34,831 bases of DNA from contig JAPLXK010000009.1 of the NCBI GenBank assembly GCA_026396095.1, positions 1 through 34,831 on the forward strand, in the 5' to 3' direction. The translations under genes were made by a program, and so were the position numbers. Under the pieces are notes generated by a model. That model was given only the letters and a program-made list of their open reading frames with translations, did no database searches and was not told the DNA's origin. Shown in pieces: positions 9,038 to 17,486 of the stretch. Position 1 is the stretch's first letter; every line of letters starts with the position of its first letter. Origin of the DNA: Candidatus Nealsonbacteria bacterium (GTDB lineage: Bacteria > Patescibacteriota > Minisyncoccia > Minisyncoccales > RBG-13-42-11).

Positions 9038-10023
9038 TGACAAACAATATTTCAAAAGACATTCTCCTGAAAATGTATGAAACAATGTTGTTGATCCGGC
9101 GCTTTGAAGAGAGGGTGGGAGATTTGGTTTTGAAAGGAGAAATAAAAACCCCTTGCCATTTATGCATCGGAGAAGAGGCGATTGCTACCGGGGCTTGTCT
9201 TGCCCTAGAAAAAGAAGATTATATCTTCGGGAACCACCGTTCCCACGGGCATTATATTGCCAAAGGAGGAGATATTAAAAAGTTAATGGCGGAAATATTT
9301 TGCAAAGAAACAGGCTGTTCCAGGGGAAAAGGGGGGTCAATGCATCTTATTGCTCCCGAAATAGGTCTTTTAGGAACACCTCCGATAGTCGGGGCCAGTA
9401 TCCCGATCGCAGTAGGATCAGCTTTATCTTCGACGATAAAAGGGAGCAACCAGGTTTCAGTTTCTTTTTTCGGAGACGGGGCGACCAGCGAAGGAGTATT
9501 TTATGAATCTTTGAATTTTGCCTCTTTGAAAAAACTGCCCGTTGTTTTTATTTGCGAGAATAATTTTTATTCCACCCACATGCCAGTTTTTAAGATTTTA
9601 GCCGACACCAACATCGCTAAAAAAGCGGAGGGATTTAATATGCCGGGAGTTCAGATTAATGGCAATAACGTAATAGAAGTTTTTCAAACTGTCCAAAAGG
9701 CGGTGGAAAGAGCAAGGGAAGGCAACGGTCCGACGCTGATAGAATGCCTTACTTATCGTTGGCGTGGCCACGTTGGGCCGGATGACAATATCCAGGGAAC
9801 CCATACGGATATTAGGCCGAAAGAAGAATTAGATTCATGGAAAGAAAAGTGCTCCATTAAAAGGCTGGAAAAATACTTATTGGAACAAGGAGCACTTTCT
9901 GAGACAGTAAAGGGGCAAATTATTGAAAAGATAGAAAAAGAAACACAAGAAGCAGTGGAATTCGCCCAAAAAAGCCCTTACCCGAAAGAAGAGGAACTCT
10001 TCGAAGATGTTTTTAAGACATGA
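9037..10023 (+). CDS. TPP-dependent 2-oxoacid/acetoin dehydrogenase E1 alpha subunit
   Basis: HRSHGH, GKGGSMH, FGDGA...ENN TPP motif, TYR..GH. ATG 9037 overlaps the upstream TGA. Confidence 0.92.
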   Translation: MTNNISKDILLKMYETMLLIRRFEERVGDLVLKGEIKTPCHLCIGEEAIATGACLALEKEDYIFGNHRSHGHYIAKGGDIKKLMAEIFCKETGCSRGKGGSMHLIAPEIGLLGTPPIVGASIPIAVGSALSSTIKGSNQVSVSFFGDGATSEGVFYESLNFASLKKLPVVFICENNFYSTHMPVFKILADTNIAKKAEGFNMPGVQINGNNVIEVFQTVQKAVERAREGNGPTLIECLTYRWRGHVGPDDNIQGTHTDIRPKEELDSWKEKCSIKRLEKYLLEQGALSETVKGQIIEKIEKETQEAVEFAQKSPYPKEEELFEDVFKT

Positions 10024-10062
10024 TTTCAAATTAAAGAACCCCTTTTTTAACAAAATGAAATT

Positions 10063-11034
10063 ATGAGAAAAATTACATACGCCCAAGCGATAAATGAAGC
10101 CACGAAGCAGCTTATGGAGCGAGACCATCAGGTTTTTATTATAGGACAGGGCTGTACGTCGCCATGGTATGTTGGAAATACTACCAACGGATTATTTGAA
10201 AAGTTCGGAGAAAAAAGGGTGATAGATACTCCGATTTCAGAAAACGGCATGTCGGGGGTTGCTCTCGGCGCGGCCTTAACGGGATTAAAGCCAATTTTAA
10301 TTTTTCCCAGAATGGATTTTATGTATCTGGCCTTTGATCAGATAATCAATCAGGCGGCAAATTGGCGATACATGTTCGGCGGAAAAGTAAACGCTCCTTT
10401 AGTAATCAGGGGAATTATCAATAGAGGGGGAGAACAGGCAGCGCAGCACTCTCAAGCCCTTCATTCCATGTTTGCCCATGTTCCGGGGTTAAAGGTAGTC
10501 ATGCCGGCCACCCCTTACGATGCAAAAGGCCTTTTAATTTCAGCGGTTGAGGACGGAAATCCAGTTGTTTACATTGATGACAATTGGCTCTATAAAGAGG
10601 AAGCAGAGGTGCCAGAAGAAATATATAGGGTTCCCATCGGAAAAGGGGCTATTAAAAAGAAAGGTAAAGACGTTACCATTGTAGCGATTTCTTATATGGT
10701 AAAACAGGCTGCCGAAGCCGCTGAAGATCTTGAAAAAGAAGGGATTAGCGCTGAGGTGATAGATTTGCGTTCGATCAAACCATTAGACGAAGAGATTATT
10801 TTAGAATCAGTGAAAAAAACCAAAAGACTGGTGATAGCCGATGTAGGCTGGCAGACAGGGGGAATTGCTTCGGAAATCGCCAATAAAGTTTATTCCAAGC
10901 TTTACAAAGAGCTGAAATCAGAGATAGAAATAGTTGCTTTGCCAGATGTTCCTGCTCCGGCTAGCCAGGTTCTTGAAGAAAAATTCTATCCCAATAAAAA
11001 TAACATTATTGAAGCGGTTAAAAAAAACAATTAA
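10063..11034 (+). CDS. TPP-dependent dehydrogenase E1 beta subunit
   Basis: DTPISE, AQHSQ, PGLKVV.P..PYDAKGLL, IDLRSIKPLD. Confidence 0.92.
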   Translation: MRKITYAQAINEATKQLMERDHQVFIIGQGCTSPWYVGNTTNGLFEKFGEKRVIDTPISENGMSGVALGAALTGLKPILIFPRMDFMYLAFDQIINQAANWRYMFGGKVNAPLVIRGIINRGGEQAAQHSQALHSMFAHVPGLKVVMPATPYDAKGLLISAVEDGNPVVYIDDNWLYKEEAEVPEEIYRVPIGKGAIKKKGKDVTIVAISYMVKQAAEAAEDLEKEGISAEVIDLRSIKPLDEEIILESVKKTKRLVIADVGWQTGGIASEIANKVYSKLYKELKSEIEIVALPDVPAPASQVLEEKFYPNKNNIIEAVKKNN

Positions 11035-11036
11035 AA

Positions 11037-12155
11037 ATGCTTAAAATTCCTTTTGTTAATTATTCTTTGCAGTACAAAAATCTGGAAACAGAGATAGACG
11101 CGGCGATGAAAAGTGTCTTAAACAGGGGAGATTTGATTATGCGTTCCGACATGGAAGAGTTTGAGAAAAAAATGGCTGAATTTCTGGGGGTAAGGCATTT
11201 TATAAGCCTTAACTCCGGCACAGATGCCCTAATCTTTGCCTTAAAAGCGGCCGGAATAGGGGCTGGGGACGAGGTAATCACGGTTTCCCATACTTTTGTC
11301 GCCTCTATAGCAAGTATTGCTCATTGCGGGGCAAAGCCGGTCCTAGTGGATGTTAAGGAAGACTTTACCATGGATATGGAAAAAGCTGAGGCGGCAATTA
11401 CTTCGAGGACCAAAGCCATATTGCCTGTTCACTTAAACGGCAGGATGTGCGACATGGAAAGACTGATGGAAATTGCAAACAAGCATAATTTGATAATTAT
11501 TGAAGATGCAGCTCAAGCCCTGGGTGCGAAATTCAACAACAAGATGGCTGGAACCTTTGGGCTCGCCGGCTGCTACAGTTTTTATCCGGCAAAAATTTTA
11601 GGAACTTTCGGCGACGGAGGAGGTTTGGCCACCAACGATGAAAAAATTGCTGAAAAAATAAAGCTTTTTAGGGATCACGGACAAAAGACCAAAACAGAAA
11701 TTCTTTGCTTCGGCTGGACCTCAAGATTAGACAATCTTCAGGCAGCTGTTTTAAATGTAAAAATCAAGCATTTAAATGAATGGCTTGAAAGAAGAAGAGA
11801 AATTGCCGAAATATATAATAAAAATCTATCAGGCGTTACCGGGATTAAATTGCCTCCCGGTCCGGATTCAGATAAAAAGCATTTCGATGTTTTTCAGAAT
11901 TATGTTTTAAGAGCGGAAAAAAGAGATAATCTTTTTACCTTTTTAAAAGAAAAAGGAGTGGAAACACTGATTAAAGATCCTATTGCCGTTCATCATCACA
12001 CGGGACTCGGTCTTTCCGAATTTCATCTTCCCTTTAGCGAAGAGCTGGCTAAAAAAGTAATTTCCTTGCCCTTATATCCGGAACTAACAGACGAACAAAT
12101 TGAATATGTAATAGGAAGCGTTAAAGATTTTTATCAAAATGGAAAAAATATTTAA
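11037..12155 (+). CDS. DegT/DnrJ/EryC1/StrS PLP-dependent sugar aminotransferase
   Basis: NSGTDAL, PVHL.G, EDAAQA.G, SFYPAK.LG (PLP lysine), SRLD.LQAA. Confidence 0.93.
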   Translation: MLKIPFVNYSLQYKNLETEIDAAMKSVLNRGDLIMRSDMEEFEKKMAEFLGVRHFISLNSGTDALIFALKAAGIGAGDEVITVSHTFVASIASIAHCGAKPVLVDVKEDFTMDMEKAEAAITSRTKAILPVHLNGRMCDMERLMEIANKHNLIIIEDAAQALGAKFNNKMAGTFGLAGCYSFYPAKILGTFGDGGGLATNDEKIAEKIKLFRDHGQKTKTEILCFGWTSRLDNLQAAVLNVKIKHLNEWLERRREIAEIYNKNLSGVTGIKLPPGPDSDKKHFDVFQNYVLRAEKRDNLFTFLKEKGVETLIKDPIAVHHHTGLGLSEFHLPFSEELAKKVISLPLYPELTDEQIEYVIGSVKDFYQNGKNI

Positions 12156-14013
12156 AAAATTTATAGCGGATAAAAGAAGAATAATAAAAATTTCATTATT
12201 TCTTTTCCTTGATATTTTTTTTATTATTCTTTCCGTTTGTTTGGCTTTTTTTCTAAGATTCGAAGGAAACATCCCTGCTCAGCATTTTTTAAACCTTGAA
12301 GGGATGATTTTCTTGTCTTTGTTTTTCTCCATTCCTATTTTTTACTTCTTAAGACTTTATTCTTTTTCTTGGGCTTATGTGAGCGCTGACGAGCTGATAT
12401 CTCTGGTCCAAGCAGCCTTTTTGAGCTTTCTGTTTCTAACCACATCTATTTTCATATTAGGGGATCAACCCTTATTTTCTGGGTTTCCCCGTTCAACTAT
12501 TTTTATCAGCTACTTTTTGATTATTTTGTTTTCCGGAGCAATTCGTTTTTCTAAAAGGATTTATCTCCAAATTTTTCAAAAGGGAGACGGAAAAGAAAAA
12601 GAAAGGACCTTGATCGTTGGATCGGGCGACGCGGGAGAACAAATATTGAGAAGCATCTTAAGCTTTAAATTCGGTCCCTATCTTCCCGTTGGCTTTGTCG
12701 ATGATAATCCGGATAAAAAAGGAGTTTTAATTCACGGCTTGAAGGTTTTGGGAAAAATCGATAATATTCCTTTAATAGTAAAAGAAAAAGACGTAGAATG
12801 CCTGATTATTGCCCTTCCATCGGCAGGAAGAGACGCCATCAGAACGGCGGCTGAAAAAGGCAGGGAAGCGGGATTGAAAAAGATAAAAATTCTCCCCTCG
12901 ATAAACGAAATTATGAGCGGGTCGGTAAAGGTGGGGATAGGAGCTCTCAGGGAAATACAAATGGAAGATTTATTGGGACGGGAAGCTGTTGTTTTGGACC
13001 AAAAGGCGATTGAAGCATTCATTGAGAATAAAAAAATCTTGATTACGGGCGGAGCTGGTTCAATCGGTTCAGAATTCTGCCGTCAGACAGCCAGATTCAA
13101 ACCGTCTCTATTATTGATTTTAGATCAAGACGAAACCGCTGTTTTTAATATCTCTGAAGAGCTGAAAGAAAAATTCAATAATTTAAAAATTGTTTCCATG
13201 ATAGCCGATATTCAAGACAAGACCAAGATGAGCCAGATTTTTAAAGAATTTAATCCGAGTATAGTTTTTCATGCCGCCGCTTATAAGCACGTTCCCTTGA
13301 TGGAGGAGCACCCTGATGAAGCGGTGAAAAATAATATCTTAGGGACGAAAACAATTGCCGAGTTGGCATTAGAAAACCATGTTGATAAGTTTGTCTTTAT
13401 TTCCACCGACAAGGCGGTAAATCCCAAGTCAGTAATGGGGGCAAGCAAAAGAATCGGGGAGATGATCTGTCAGACGTTAAGCAAAAAAAACTCCACCAAG
13501 TTCATATCTGTCAGATTCGGGAATGTTTTGGACAGCCAGGGAAGCGTAATACCTATTTTTAAAGAGCAGATAAAAAATGGCGGGCCGGTTAAGGTTACCC
13601 ATCCGGAAATGATGAGATATTTTATGACCACTTCCGAAGCCTGTCTTTTGGTCATGCAGGCGGCAATGATGGGCCAAGGGGGAGAGGTTTTTGTTCTGGA
13701 CATGGGCAAGCCGGTTAAGATAAAAGACTTGGCCAAAGAACTAATTCGCCTTTCCGGGTTGGAGCCTGATAAGGACATTGCCATAGTTTATACTCAGCCG
13801 CGGCCGGGCGAGAAAATTTTTGAAGAGATTTTGACGGCCAAAGAGGGAACCCTGGCCACCGAAAACAAAAAGATTTTTATCGCCAAGCTTTCCGGCGTTG
13901 ACGAGGAAAAACTAAAATCAGGGCTGGAAAAATTATCGGTTTTAGCCCATAATGGGGACAAGGTTAATATAGTAAAAACTTTAAAAGAATTAATTCCTAC
14001 TTATGATAAATAA
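12139..14013 (+). CDS. Membrane-anchored NDP-sugar 4,6-dehydratase (PglF/WbpM/CapD family)
   Basis: Four N-terminal TM helices, TGGAGSIG, HAAAYKHVP, STDKAV, MGASK, VRFGNV, RPGEK. Confidence 0.92.
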   Translation: MEKIFKKFIADKRRIIKISLFLFLDIFFIILSVCLAFFLRFEGNIPAQHFLNLEGMIFLSLFFSIPIFYFLRLYSFSWAYVSADELISLVQAAFLSFLFLTTSIFILGDQPLFSGFPRSTIFISYFLIILFSGAIRFSKRIYLQIFQKGDGKEKERTLIVGSGDAGEQILRSILSFKFGPYLPVGFVDDNPDKKGVLIHGLKVLGKIDNIPLIVKEKDVECLIIALPSAGRDAIRTAAEKGREAGLKKIKILPSINEIMSGSVKVGIGALREIQMEDLLGREAVVLDQKAIEAFIENKKILITGGAGSIGSEFCRQTARFKPSLLLILDQDETAVFNISEELKEKFNNLKIVSMIADIQDKTKMSQIFKEFNPSIVFHAAAYKHVPLMEEHPDEAVKNNILGTKTIAELALENHVDKFVFISTDKAVNPKSVMGASKRIGEMICQTLSKKNSTKFISVRFGNVLDSQGSVIPIFKEQIKNGGPVKVTHPEMMRYFMTTSEACLLVMQAAMMGQGGEVFVLDMGKPVKIKDLAKELIRLSGLEPDKDIAIVYTQPRPGEKIFEEILTAKEGTLATENKKIFIAKLSGVDEEKLKSGLEKLSVLAHNGDKVNIVKTLKELIPTYDK

Positions 14014-16204
14014 AGGAAGTCTAGAAAAAATTTATTTTTCAATCATCGAATGGGGGACTTATTTAGCGCTATTCACTCCTTTGGTTTTTTTCAGGGAGTT
14101 TTTCTTCCCCTTTGTTACGCCTAAAACAATTTTTTTCCGTATAGTCGTTGATGTTATTTTTATCGCCTATATACTGCTGGTTGTTTCCAACCGCAAGTAC
14201 CTTCCGAAAATGAGCGCCTTGACAGCGTCCATCCTGGTTTTTTTGGGAATTGTTATTATTACTTCTCTTTTGGGGGTTAATCCGGAAAAAAGCTTTTGGA
14301 GCGTTTTTGAAAGGATGACAGGAATCTTAACCTTTTTACATCTTTTTGTCTTTTACATTATTTTAAGCAGCGTTTTCAAGGAAAGAAAACAATGGGAAAG
14401 AATTTTAACCGTTTCAATGATGGTCGGGGTTTTTCTTTGTTTTTATGTATGGACATCGAATGAAACTTTTGCCAGGGGAGGAGGAACAGTGGGGAATACG
14501 TCATTTTTAGCCGGCTACCTTCTTTTTGACATATTTTTCGCCATCATTTTTCTTTTCACGAAAAAGGGAGCCTGGAAAATTCTTTACGGTATAATGTTAT
14601 TAATCTTAATTTTAGGGATATTCATATCTCAAGAGCCTTGCCGTGGGGCGATAGGATCTTTTTATATAGGGCTATTAATTTTAGGTCTTGGATATTTATT
14701 GTTCCGTATCTTCACCTCAAACAGAAAAATATTAAAAAAATCGGTCCTTGCGATTTTAATTTTATCAATCACGGCAGCGTCGGTTCCGCTTTTATTCAGT
14801 TCCGTCAGAGTAAAAATATTCGAAATATGGCAAACCTACGGCTCTTCTGCAAGAACGGTAGTTTGGAATATTGGTTTTGAAGGATGGAAAGAAAGATTTT
14901 GGCTGGGATGGGGTCAGGAGAATTTTAATATTCCATTTGCCAGGCACTTTGACCCGGCTCTACCTCTAAGCGTTGACGTCTGGTATGACCGAGTTCATAA
15001 TGTTGTTTTGGATACTGCCGTCACTTCCGGAGCTCTGGGACTAATAAGCTATTTGGCTATTTTCGGAGTAGCTGTTTTCAGTTTAATCCGTCTTTTCACC
15101 AAGGTAACTGACAGGAAAAACGTATTTTTTCCATTAGGAACAATTGTTATTCTGGCGGCTTATTTCATCCAAAATCTTTTTGTGTTTGATATGATTTCCA
15201 GTTATATGATGTTTTTTTTGTCTTTATCTTTTGCCAATTTTTTAATACTTGCCATTAAAGAAGAGAAAAAAACAGATTATGCCGTGAAAACAAATCCTGC
15301 ATATTCTTTAATCGGAGGTATCTTAATAATTGTTTCCCTTCTATCCATTTATTTCGGGAATATCCAGCCGGCAAGGGCTTCAAATATGACCGTCCGGGGA
15401 ATAAGCTTTCCTCTCAGTGAATCCGTTTCTGATTTCCAAAAGGCTTATGAACTTTCTCCGGTCTCAAAAATTGAAATTCCCGAGCAATTTTCCAGAAGAA
15501 TCGTTGACTTAGCCGCTCAGGCAGGGCAAAATCCCAGCCAAGCTGACAAGGGAATCATAGAAAAAGGATTTAGTCTGGCTGAAGAGTTTTCCAAAAAAGG
15601 CATTGAAGAAAATCCTTTGGATTTCCGCTTCAGATTATTTTTAGGGGAATATTACAGAAATATTTATCAGCTTACCCAGAATAAAGAATCTCTTAACCTA
15701 AGCGAAGAAACATTAAGAGAAGCCATGAAACTAAGCCCTAAAAATCAGCAGGCGTACTGGAGCTTGGGGCAAACCCTGATGAATCAAGGGAAAAACGATG
15801 AAGCTATTGAGAATTTTAAAAAAGCTATTGATTTGGAGCCAAGGCTTCCCCAATCTCATTGGTATCTGTTTTTAGTCTGCAAGAGCCTGCAGAAAAACGA
15901 CTTGGCATTGGAAGCATTCAAGAAAGCAGACGAGCTGAAGTATGGTTGGAAGAAAGATCCGGACAGCCTGAAACAGGTAATTGATCTTTATAGAAAGATA
16001 AACGATATTCAGTCTTCCATTGCCGTTACGGAAGAAGGGGTGAAGAGCTTCCCCGACGATTCAGATCTCTGGATCAATTTAGTAGAAGTATATTCTGCTA
16101 CCGGCCAAAATGAAAAAGCCAAAGCGGCAGCAGAGCAGCTTTTAAAATTAAAACCCGAGCTTAAGACCCAGGTTGATGAATTCCTAAAGAATTTAGGGAT
16201 TTAG
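14003..16204 (+). CDS. O-antigen ligase / O-oligosaccharyltransferase-like membrane protein with C-terminal TPRs
   Basis: About 12 TM helices; GTVGN, R..VW, GWGQENF, DRVHN; TPR-like helical repeats in the last ~250 aa. Confidence 0.85.
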   Translation: MINKGSLEKIYFSIIEWGTYLALFTPLVFFREFFFPFVTPKTIFFRIVVDVIFIAYILLVVSNRKYLPKMSALTASILVFLGIVIITSLLGVNPEKSFWSVFERMTGILTFLHLFVFYIILSSVFKERKQWERILTVSMMVGVFLCFYVWTSNETFARGGGTVGNTSFLAGYLLFDIFFAIIFLFTKKGAWKILYGIMLLILILGIFISQEPCRGAIGSFYIGLLILGLGYLLFRIFTSNRKILKKSVLAILILSITAASVPLLFSSVRVKIFEIWQTYGSSARTVVWNIGFEGWKERFWLGWGQENFNIPFARHFDPALPLSVDVWYDRVHNVVLDTAVTSGALGLISYLAIFGVAVFSLIRLFTKVTDRKNVFFPLGTIVILAAYFIQNLFVFDMISSYMMFFLSLSFANFLILAIKEEKKTDYAVKTNPAYSLIGGILIIVSLLSIYFGNIQPARASNMTVRGISFPLSESVSDFQKAYELSPVSKIEIPEQFSRRIVDLAAQAGQNPSQADKGIIEKGFSLAEEFSKKGIEENPLDFRFRLFLGEYYRNIYQLTQNKESLNLSEETLREAMKLSPKNQQAYWSLGQTLMNQGKNDEAIENFKKAIDLEPRLPQSHWYLFLVCKSLQKNDLALEAFKKADELKYGWKKDPDSLKQVIDLYRKINDIQSSIAVTEEGVKSFPDDSDLWINLVEVYSATGQNEKAKAAAEQLLKLKPELKTQVDEFLKNLGI

Positions 16205-16218
16205 ATTAGTACAAGGCC

Positions 16219-16247
16219 TTGACTTTTTTACTCTAATTTGCTATCAT
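16219..16247 (+). promoter_or_regulatory. sigma70 promoter
   Basis: TTGACT-17 nt-TATCAT with extended -10 TG. Confidence 0.7.
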
Positions 16248-16253
16248 TTCCTC

Positions 16254-16325
16254 AGTGAGTGTCCGCTTCGGCGGATCCTACTAAGTTGACACCAGGCCTC
16301 CCTCGAGCGAGGTCTGTTGTTTTTT
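16254..16325 (+). ncRNA. Candidate ~70 nt small RNA or attenuator (RNA1)
   Basis: Follows the promoter; GTCCGC-TTCG-GCGGAT hairpin, GTGTC/GACAC alternative pairing, then a terminator; no ORF. Confidence 0.5.
16293..16325 (+). terminator. Intrinsic terminator
   Basis: CAGGCCTC/GAGGTCTG stem followed by TTGTTTTTT. Confidence 0.7.
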
Positions 16326-16345
16326 AAACAGATTATTTTTGCAAT

Positions 16346-16407
16346 AAAAAAGAGACGGATGAGTTAACTCCAAAACTAAGTTTTTAGTGAGTGCTACCAT
16401 CCGTCTC
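16346..16407 (-). ncRNA. Candidate ~60 nt hairpin small RNA (RNA2)
   Basis: Perfect 10-bp closing stem GAGACGGATG/CATCCGTCTC followed by U6 on the - strand; promoter-like motif ends 6 nt upstream. Confidence 0.45.
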
Positions 16408-16413
16408 AATTAT

Positions 16414-16441
16414 ATTTTAAACCTTATAATAAAATATTCAA
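16414..16441 (-). promoter_or_regulatory. Putative sigma70 promoter for RNA2
   Basis: TTGAAT-16 nt-TAAAAT on the - strand; AT-rich context lowers specificity. Confidence 0.45.
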
Positions 16442-16464
16442 GAATTATGCTAAAATTAAATAAG

Positions 16465-17358
16465 ATGAATATCATTAAAGAACTGCCGGCCATTAAAAAA
16501 AACGTTTCCTTGGCGGAATACACCACTTTTAAAATTGGCGGAAAAGCCAAGTATTTTTTTATTGCCAAAACAAAAGAAGATTTAATTAAAGCCATTTTTG
16601 TCGCAAAAAAATTGAAATTGCAATTTTTTATTTTAGGAGGAGGAAGTAATTTATTGGTTTCAGACAAAGGTTACAATGGGCTGGTAATAAAAACACAAAA
16701 TTCAAACTTAGAAATTAGAAAAAAGGGAACAATAATAAATTTTTTTTGCGGAGCGGGAGCACCGCTGGCAAAATTAGTTTTAGAGTCAATCAAAAACAGC
16801 GCCCAGGGACTGGAATGGGCGGCGGGCATACCGGGCACCGTAGGGGGAGCTATTTTCGGTAACGCAGGGGCTTTTAACGAATCAATGAGTGGTAATATTG
16901 AAGAAGTAGAGGTTTTGGATGTAAGAAAAACGGTCATTAAAAAATTCAAAAATAAAGATTGCAGATTTGAATACCGCAAAAGCTTTTTTAAGAAAAATAA
17001 AAACATTATTATACTCTCGGCAAAGTTAAAATTAAAAAACGGAAAAAGAAAAAAAATTAAAGAAATAATCAAGGAACACCTAGAAAAAAGAAAGAAATTC
17101 CAGCCCTTAAATTATCCTTCGGCCGGTTCAGTTTTCGTAAATCCCAAAACAGGATTAAAAACAGGAGAAATGATCGAGAAGTGCGGACTGAAAGGAAAAA
17201 GAATAGGAAAAGCAAAAGTGTCTGAAAAACATGCTAATTTTATTATGAACCTAGGAAAAGCCAAAGAAAAAGACGTTAAGAAACTGATAAACTTGATAAA
17301 GAAAAGGGTAAAAAATAAATTCGGGGTAATCTTAAAAGAGGAAATAATAAGCATTTAA
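16465..17358 (+). CDS. murB: UDP-N-acetylenolpyruvoylglucosamine reductase
   Basis: TTFKIGG.A, GGGSNLL, GIPGTVGGA..GNAGA, SAGSVF.NP, HANF. Start 16465 preferred; 16447 possible. Confidence 0.95.
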   Translation: MNIIKELPAIKKNVSLAEYTTFKIGGKAKYFFIAKTKEDLIKAIFVAKKLKLQFFILGGGSNLLVSDKGYNGLVIKTQNSNLEIRKKGTIINFFCGAGAPLAKLVLESIKNSAQGLEWAAGIPGTVGGAIFGNAGAFNESMSGNIEEVEVLDVRKTVIKKFKNKDCRFEYRKSFFKKNKNIIILSAKLKLKNGKRKKIKEIIKEHLEKRKKFQPLNYPSAGSVFVNPKTGLKTGEMIEKCGLKGKRIGKAKVSEKHANFIMNLGKAKEKDVKKLINLIKKRVKNKFGVILKEEIISI

Positions 17359-17397
17359 AAATAATAGCGGACGGGGAAAATTATTGGTATAATTAAG

Positions 17398-17468
17398 AAA
17401 ACCTTCTTCTTTTTAGAACTGGACCATCCAATTAATTTTCCAGTTAATTCAAAAGTAGAAGGTTTTTT
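17398..17468 (+). other. Long imperfect hairpin with U-tract (murB terminator or candidate small RNA3)
   Basis: AAAACCTTCT/AGAAGGTTTT outer stem, AACTGGA/TCCAGTT inner stem; TGgTATAAT at 17385-17393. Confidence 0.45.
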
Positions 17469-17486
17469 GATATAATCTTAAAATCC

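Noticed and set aside
16254-16407. tRNA, tmRNA, SRP RNA, 6S RNA or fluoride riboswitch
   Set aside because: No T-loop or cloverleaf, no SRP helix-8 motif, no long end-to-end 6S stem, and fluoride core nucleotides are absent. An Rfam scan is still needed.
16387-16464. murB N-terminal extension from GTG 16387
   Set aside because: Runs through the hairpin and promoter region; MurB homology starts near 16465.
17364-17373. 10-mer ATAGCGGACG shared with the rnpB promoter (34444-34453)
   Set aside because: Single short match without a consistent -35; compatible with chance.
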